From the NCBI RefSeq assembly GCF_000143415.4, contig NW_003314286.1:965643-1029642 (forward strand): a stretch of 64,000 nucleotides of DNA, read 5' to 3'. Position numbers and translations under genes: made by a program. This DNA comes from Selaginella moellendorffii. Lineage: Eukaryota > Plantae > Lycopodiophyta. The notes below the pieces were generated by a model that was given only the letters and a program-made list of their open reading frames with translations, did no database searches and had not been told where the DNA came from. Positions 51,917 through 59,957 of this stretch are shown here, one piece after another (the first letter of the stretch is position 1; every line of letters begins with the position of its first letter).

Positions 51917-53128
51917 TGTAAACTCTTGAATTTGGACTTCTTGGGAAGTCATTTAGCTTAGTACTATTCAAACCCAAAGACACTTAACCCCAAATATCTC
52001 AAGACCTTTAACCAATTGAAAAAGGGGGTGCACTCTTATTTATGGGCCCTTTCCCTCTATATTTGAACCTTTATAGATTGTCTCTCGAGTTGTTCCCTTT
52101 GGTTGTTTACAATCCATCATGCTTCTTTGCAAGTTCATGCCCTCATAAACAGAAGCTAAGAGCTGTAGCTCTCCCAAGAGCCCCGTTCTCTTGACACCTT
52201 ACCCCTCAGGTCGAGCCCAGCCGGAGCAAATTGGACCAGCCAAATGTCAATCAATATGTGATGTGATTCCCCTAGCCAACCAACAAAATTGGATTTGAGA
52301 CCTCTCCGATACTAAACTATAAGTCACAAATTTTTCCTTTCCAATTTGCCAACTTACCTTGTTTATCCGACTAACACTACCTTGGACTTAATTAAGTTCC
52401 CTTGCCAAGGTTTCTGCCTATTGTACTAGCTCTTACTTAGTCCTACTTGGTTTTAGTTACTCACTGCACAAGTAATGGAGTGTTAGCCATCCATCTATGG
52501 ATTCCTAAATCTCTCCCAATCCCCCTCCCCGGGTTAGACTGGACTTAAGGTTTAGTTACACTCCCCGCAGGTATAAGTAGCCAAGCACACAAAGCCTTCA
52601 GGTTCTTAACATCCCTTGGTACACCAAGACTTGACCATGAGCCTTTAAATCCCAAGCCTTGGGTGCAACACTTACTTTCGAACGCTAGGGGGAAACACTG
52701 TGGCTTAATGGCCTGGTATAGGTACCCCTACTCGTCCACTTCCATCCCAAAGGGAAGGCCCAAACCCCTAAGAAAGGCAAGGACTAATGAGCCACAAGAT
52801 ACTCAAGTGGGGCACCACTTCATAGAAGCTAGGAGCATCGTAGTCGGTTGCCTTTTCAAGAGTGGGAGCTACTCTTGAGCACTTCCTTGGGTGGCCCCTC
52901 TGGCACCACCCGAGTCCATGCTCACTCCCACCCAAGGCCCCTGGACCCAAGTCTCAACCTCAAGTCAGTTTGGAAGCACTATTGAAGAGTTCTTTCAATA
53001 TTGGTTCCTAGACCTCACTATCCCTATTATACTTTTTGAACCTTCTGCACTCTTATTCATGAGCTCTTTCCTTCTATATTTGAACTCTTATGGATCGTCT
53101 TTTGAGTCGTTCCTTTTGGTTACTTACA
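51917..53128 (-). mobile_element. Chimeric TRIM whose 5' LTR is part TRIM, part chromovirus LTR
   Basis: Minus strand: TRIM LTR start (53128 to about 53046), then chromovirus LTR 3' portion (about 53045-52318), PBS-like tagtatcggag, TRIM internal region, full TRIM LTR (about 52111-51917); flanks catat/tatat. Confidence 0.75.
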
Positions 53129-53744
53129 TATATGCCATAAATGTTGCCATCAACTGAATTGTATAACATTGAATAATTACATCAACTGCTACTCTAGAGT
53201 TAAAGAAGGAGGATATTGTTGCTTTGCCATGAAAATGAATGAACAGAAAAAAAAAAAAACAAAGTAAAAGAGAAGAAATTGAGAAAAACTATCAGGAAAG
53301 TGAGATCTAAATGATGCAAATGCTAAATCAAAAGCCTAATCCAAGCACTTCTTGGATTTGGGTTCGAGTCCCAAATCACTAGGGCGTGGTGATGGTTTGG
53401 AATATGAGGACACTCATATTTCGGTGGTCATGGACTCTTAGTGAGGAGACTAGTTTGGGCACACCGCCAAGCGAGGGATGCCTCCGAGTCGTGATGCACG
53501 GTTAGATTGCTTAAAGTGAAAGTTCAGCATATCTAACTTGAACCCTTTGGTGCAAAGAGCACCAAGGACGTGGTGAATGAGATGTGGACACCCAATCTCA
53601 GTTGCTATGGATCCGGTTTTAGGCTTGGGCGCACTGCCAGGTGTGGGGGATGCCCCCGGGTGTAAGGAACCAACTCGCCGAGGTGTCGTAGGCTAAAGGA
53701 ACCCCAAAAGCATGACCAAAATGACAAAGAGTTCATCAGATGGG

Positions 53745-53990
53745 ACGAAGTCGAAGATCGAGTCCAAGACCGACTCTAGGACTGAGTTCGAGATAGAGTC
53801 CGGAATCGAGTCCGAGACCGACTCGGGGACCGAGTTCGAAACGGAGTCCGAGATCCGAAATCGGGTCCCAGACCGAGTCCGAGGTCGAGTCCGAGGTCGG
53901 GTCCGAGATCGAGTCCGAGATCGAGTCCGAGACCGAATCCGAAGTTGGATCTGAAATCGGGTCCGAGATCGAGCCAGAGACTAAGTCCAA
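53745..53990. repeat. Degenerate CCGAGN/TCGAGN hexamer arrays inside LTRs (also 49590-50017, 60045-60330 and 62545-63160)
   Basis: Tandem ccgaga/ccgagt units and gagatggagtcc-type units; source of the low-complexity ORFs. Confidence 0.9.
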
Positions 53991-54845
53991 ATACTAATAC
54001 GGGTCAAGGGGTGAAAGCCCAAAGCGTGCGTCTCCCGGGGGGGGGGGGGGGCTGCAGGGGGTTCCAAAAGTATAGTAGGGATAGTGAGGTCCAGGAACCA
54101 GTCTTGAAGGAACTCTTCAGTGGTGCTTCCAAACTGACTTAAGGTTGAGACTGGGGCCGAGGGGCCTTGGGTGGGAGTGAGCATGGGCTTGAGTGGTGCC
54201 GGAGGGGCCACCCAGGGAAGTGCTCAAGAGCAGCTCCCACTCCCGAAAGGGAAACTGACTGCGGTGCTTCTGGCTCATGTGGAGTGGTGCCCCACTTGAG
54301 TACCTTGTGGCTCATTGGTCCTCGCCCTCCCTAGGGGCTTGGGCCTTCCCTTCGGGATGGAAGTGGGGGGGTAGAGGTACCCATACCGGGCCGTTAGGCC
54401 ACGGTGTTTCACCCCGATGTCCCGAAGCAAGTGCTGCACCCAAGACTTGGGATTTAGAGGGTCCCATGATCAAGTCTTGTGGTACCAAGGGGTGTTAGGA
54501 ATCTGGAGGCTTGGTGTGCTTGGCTGCTTGTGCCTGCGGGGAGTGTAGCCGAACCTTAAGTCCAGTCTAACCTGGGGAGGGGGATTGGGAGAGATTTGGG
54601 AATCCGTAGATGGATGGCTAACACTCCGTTGCTCGTGTAGTGAGTAGCTGAAACCAAGTAGGACGAAGTAGGAGCTGGTACCATAGGCGGGAACCTTGGC
54701 GAGGGAATTTAGCACAAGCCAAGGCAGAGTTGGTCGGATAGACGAGGTAAGCTGGCAAATTGGAAAGGAAAAATTTGTGGCTTACAATTTGGTATCGGAG
54801 CCTCTTCCTCAGTTCTAGCGAAGGATAGAGGCAGATTGCTGGGAG

Positions 54846-57800
54846 ATGGCAAGGGCAGTATGTAAGCGAACTCAAGCAGAGACGGAACCTCCTCCAGAGC
54901 TGGAGCCTCCGGTCGAACAGGAGGCTATGGATGAGGAATCCTTGCATGAGGAAGACTCTAGTGAGACAATTGGACGTTCTAGAAGGACAATTGGCATAGA
55001 CCAATGCCCTGCTAGAGACTCTCGTACGCAAGCTAAAGTGTGATGAGAAGCGGAAGAAAAAGCGAAAGACTGCGGATGCTGGCAGCGCAGAAGGTGCGGA
55101 CCCTTCGGCAGGGACTGAGGCAAAACCAGACAAGGTTGAACAGACCGAAGTGGAATCAGTCCCTCAGGCAATTCCCAAGTACAAACCAAAGCCCCCACCG
55201 GTCTTTAAGGGAGTGAATGACTATAAGGTGGTGGAGGATTGGTTTTACGATATGGAGGACTACTTCCGAGCGTTGCGATTACCGAGCTCGGAGAAGGTCT
55301 CATGTGCAAAACCATACTTGGCAGATAATGCCAAGTCTTGGTGGAGAACAACAGAGGCCAACGAAGGACCAGTGGCCACTTGGGAAATGATGAAGGCGAG
55401 GATCCGCGCAACTTACGTTCCTCCGAATGCTACTCTGCATCTAAGGGATGAGCTAAGTAGGCTGAAGCAGACCGGAACCATTCAAGAGTATGTGAATGGG
55501 TTTATGGCAAAGAAGATACTTGTCACAGACATGGGGGATATGGATGCGTTCCATGCCTTCATATCAGGTTTGCAAACCTGGGCTTGCGGTGAAGTGATGC
55601 GGTGCAACCCGACTAACTACAAGGAAGCGTTGGATGCGGCCATCAAGGTGCATTTCAACGATAACCTGTGAAAAGGGAACACGATGGGGTCGAGATCCAT
55701 GTTAAGCAAAGGGGCCAAACCAAGGGGAACTTTTAGCAGAGGGAAATTCAAGAAGAGTTTCTCTAAGAATGAGTCCTCGGGGTTCCGGAAAGGCAAATCC
55801 GGTGGCCAACGAGCGAGTACGTGGGGGAGTCAAGCGAAAAAAGACAAACCCACGGATAAGAAGGTCAAGTCGTATAGCAGCGTGGGAAACAACGTATGCT
55901 ACAACTGCGGTGAAGCGGGACACTTCTCAAGGGAATGTCCCTACCCGAAGAAGGCTAGAGCCAATATGGCCATCAAGTCGGGTGAAGTCCAAACTGAGGT
56001 ATGTGATCCAGTCCCTAACTCAAAGTTACTCATTACACGAGCAACTTTGGTAGAGAGTCGTTTGCGACATCTACTAGCCCTCCGAGGGAAGCTCGGAGGT
56101 AGCTTTGTTAAGATCCTTATTGACACGGGTGCTTCGGATAATTTTGTGGCTGCAGACATAGTCCGGCAAGCCGGACTAACGGTGCAGCGGCTAGGTGAAC
56201 CAAGGACTATAGAGTTTGTTCAAGGTAGCCAAAGCACCGATGAGGTACTTCGACAAGCGAGAGTCGAAGTAGGGACATGGAAAGTGGACATGGATTTCAC
56301 CGTGTTGGACATGGCGGGATTTGACGTGATCTTCGGAATGGACTGGTTCAATCGGTTTGTGGTAGCCTTGCATGGACAAGGTAGGAACTTTGTGGTACTG
56401 GCGAATGCCCAAGGAAGAAGATCTAGGGTGGAGGCCCAAGATCTAAGGGTAGGGCAAAGCCAGGCCAAAGATTCCTGCTTAAACCTGGTGTCCACGAGAG
56501 GACAACTCACTAAAGGAACTAAGGTAGCCTTTTTGTGCTTACTCTTGGTGAAGAGTGACAAAAAGACAGGAACGGAAGAAGTACCTTTAGTGATCCAGCG
56601 GGTGTTGGACCAATTCTAGGATACCATGCCGGAGGAGCTACCGGTGGGGCTGCCCCCATCACGACCAATAGAACACAAGATTGAGCTGGTCGAGGGTGCT
56701 GAGGCGGTGGTTCGTCCCCCTTATCGTTTGAACGAAAAAGAACTCGAGGAGCTCAAGTGCCAACTAGAGGAGTTGGTGGACAAAGGGTATGTTAGGTTGA
56801 GCAAGTCGCCATATGGGGCGCCAGTGTTATTTGTGAAAAAGAAAGATGGATCTATGCGCATGTGCATAGACTACCGGTTGCTCAACAAGTATACAAAGAA
56901 GAACAAGTACCTTTTGCCAAGGATTGAGGACCTGTTCGATAGGTTGGGAAAGGCAAAATACTTCTCAAGGATTGACCTAAGGTCAGGATACTACCAGATC
57001 AGGGTATCTGAGGAAGATGTCGAGAAGACAACCTGTCGAACGAGGTATGGTAGCTTTGAGTTTCTGGTGATGCCCTTCGGGATATGTAATACGCCGGCAA
57101 CGTTTTCGGCGCTAATGAACCACATCTTTGTACCCTATCTGGATCACTTCATGGTCGTCTATATCGACGACATCCTGATCTATAGCGAGACGCTAGAGGA
57201 GCATGCCGAACACTTGGCGAAGGTGTTTGAGAAACTAAGGGAACACAAACTGTATGCTAAAGAGAGCAAATGTGACTTTGCTCAATAAGAGGTAAAGTTT
57301 CTGGGGCATGTGGTGGGCCAGAACGGGCTCAAGGTGGACCCGGAGAAGGTCCAAGCGATCTAGGAATGGGAGCGACCATCGAATGTACACGAGTTGAGGG
57401 CATTCCTGGGGCTATGCAACTACTATCGAAAGTTTATCAGATACTATTCGAGAGTAGCCCTGCCCTTAACGGACCAAACAGGAAAAGGGAAGATGGTGTG
57501 GACAGCGGAATGCGAGGCGGCATTCGTCCACCTCAAAGGGAAGTTGAGGAAGGCTCCCGTATTGGCATTACCAGACTTTGGTAAGGACTTTGAGGTAGAA
57601 ACGGATGCTTCGGACTTTGCGTTGGGCGCAGTTTTGAAGCAAGACAACCATCCGGTAGCGTTCTTCTCGAAGAAGTTGGACAAGGATCAACGGAAGTGGC
57701 CTGCCCACGAGAAGGAATTGTTTGCGGTGGTCAAGGCGCTCAAGAAATGGCGACACTACCTTGGGAGACACTTCAAGGTTTACACGGACAATGTGGCAAC

Positions 57801-59620
57801 GAAACACTTCTTGTCACAGCCCGACCTGAGAGGGAAACAAGGTCGGTGGGCCAATGCCTTGGCCGAGTTTGATTGCGAGATTCTGTACAAGCCTGGGAAG
57901 AGCAACATCGTGGCGGATGCGCTAAGTCGAAAAGCGAGCTTGAGGTTGGCAATATCCAGCGCAACAGCAACCTTCTGGGACGATGTGCGGACAGCATATG
58001 AGAACGATGGTCTAGCACAAGAAGTGTTGCTGAGGAATCTAGAGGCGCGGGAAGCTCACCAAAGAGGTGAGCTGCCAACGGAAGAGAAAACGGGCTATGC
58101 GGAACGCAACGGACTCATCTATTACAAGCAAACGAGGGTGTATGTTCCAGAAGGGGAACTAAGGAAGGTGGCCTTAGAAGAGTGTCATGACGGACCTCTT
58201 GCGGGACACGGCGGAGTGCCCAAGACGATGGGCTTACTCAAGAGGAAGTACCATTGGCCAGATATGGCTAAGGAAGTCCAAGACTATGTAAAGACATGTC
58301 CAACATGTCAGTAGGTAAAAGCCGTGACTAAGGCTAGTGGGGGCTTGTTGCAAAGCATCCCAATTCCAGATCGTCCGTGGAAATGTCTTACGATGGACTT
58401 CATCACGGGACTCCCCCCAAGCGAGGGGTTTGATGCGATATTCGTGGTGGTGGACTGATTTTCGAAAATGGCACATTTCATACCCACCACAACGGAGGTG
58501 GATGCGGAAGGTGTGGCGAAGCTATTCTTCGAACAAGTGGTTCGAGTGCGGGGAAGACCGGATCGAGATAAGATCTTCACCAGTAGGTTCTGGAGGACTC
58601 TCCTGGAACAATATCGCACCAAGTTGAAATTCAGCACAGCCTATCACCCACAGACAGGTATGGGGTATTAAGTCAAGTTGTTGGCACTAACACTTCTTGA
58701 CAGATGGACAAACGGAAAGGGTGAATAGGCAGCTGGAGGATTATTTGCGATGCTATGTCTCGAAAGACCAGACCGATTGGGTAAGTCATTTGGGACTTGC
58801 GGAAATGTGTTATAACAACTCACCACATTCGAGTATCGGGGTGAGTCCATGGGAAGTCATCAATGGGCGAGCTATTGAAGGTCCTGTGGAACTCGGCGTG
58901 GCCGAGTATCATGGAGAGTTGCCCGCAATGGAGGCATTCACGGCGGAAAGACTCAGCATTTGGAATTTAGTGAGGGATTCCTTGGAACGGGCTCAACAAA
59001 GGCAAACTAAATACGCGAACCAGAAGTGTCGGGATGTAAAGTTCCAAGCTGGGGAGAAGGTGTGGCTGAACACCAAGAACCTCAGACTACCAAGTGGGAT
59101 CAGCCGAAAGTTGACCCAAAGGTAAAGATGCATGTATTTCTGTAAATGAATTGATCTTGAGTTCCTTAAGCAGGTTCGCGGGGCTTTACAAGATTGAGGC
59201 ACGAATCGGTAAAGTGGCTTACTGACTCCGACTTCCTCGAGAGATGGGGAAGATGCACCCAGTGTTCCACGTGAACTTACTCAAGCCGTACTTTGAGGAT
59301 CCGCTTTGCAAGGACCAAGTGAGACCTTTACCTGAGGTTATCCAAGGGGAAGAGGAATACGAAGTCGAGGCCATCCTCAATGCGCGCAAGAGCAAGTGAC
59401 AAGGACACGAGGTGAGAGAGTTCCATGTGAAGTGGAAAGGATTTCCACATTGCGAAGCAACATGGGAACCGGAGGAGAACCTAGCGAACGCGTGAGATCT
59501 AGTGGAGGAATTTCTGTAAGGCAGAACTCTATGTACTTATGCAAAATTCAATTAAAAATATCAATTTGCAAAGTTGAGCAAGTGGCACATGTTGGGACCC
59601 GAAGGCGCGCCGAAGGTAAG
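54846..59620 (+). pseudogene. gag-pol of the chromovirus (Gag, zinc knuckle, PR, RT, RNase H, IN, chromodomain) with nonsense codons and 2-3 introns
   Basis: CYNCGEAGHFSREC, LIDTGAS, YIDDIL, TDASDFALGAVL, HDGPLAGHGG...CPTCQ, HPQT|DGQTERVN, YEVEAIL...VKWKGF...TWEPEENL. Confidence 0.93.
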
Positions 59621-59957
59621 CTAATTAGCATGGGTTAGCTATGTCGACCAGGCGTAGGGCACTACGCCCGACTCCCCGCGGGGATGTCGAATCCGTAGAC
59701 GTATTCTACGGAGGTTGGGTTCGAGTCCCAACCCCCTAGTAAAGCAAGGCTGGGTTCAAGTCCCGACCCCATACTAGGGCGTGGTGAGGTGAGGGGTATA
59801 GGGACACCTATATCCCGTTGTCATGGGCTCTTGGCCGGGGAGGCTAACTTAGGCACACTGCTAAGTGGGGGGATGCCCCCGGAGACATGGTCAACAAGTC
59901 ATAGGATAAAACGAGACGTTCGATGTGGGCATCGAACTTCTTCTATGGGTGGTGGAG
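59590..59957 (+). ncRNA. Putative structured cis-acting RNA in the chromovirus 3' UTR
   Basis: More than 10 consecutive hairpins; a multi-way junction module recurs at 53355-53499, at 53578-53660 plus 61129-61140, and decayed at about 45130-45220, with compensatory stem changes. Confidence 0.6.

Larger units (their letters stand above)
42700..53230 (-). mobile_element. Ancient degraded Ty3/Gypsy element split by later insertions (boundaries approximate)
   Basis: Minus-strand relics in correct order: gag DDVYHWFNHF and TALQWYNN (about 51900-51700); zinc knuckle CDEVGHIYRYC (about 51280); protease LIDIGLTLSFIS and DLVLGMD (49130-48890); RT SDVYPIP...LNLASGYWQV...PKT (48630-48245); integrase GLVEWFN and SPYKFLYG (43700-43000). 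Confidence 0.75.

Noticed and set aside
51890-53165. MULE-like zinc knuckle (KRSCTICHKCCH) on the plus strand across the TRIM insertion
   Set aside because: The minus strand gives clearer gag motifs in the correct order with PR, RT and IN.
53355-53400. tRNA gene at GGTTCGAGTCCC (also 59713-59768)
   Set aside because: Only the T-arm is present. I could not build an acceptor, D or anticodon arm.
55669-55671. Programmed gag stop or readthrough codon
   Set aside because: It lies before the zinc knuckle and is one of about ten similar in-frame stops explained by C-to-T decay.
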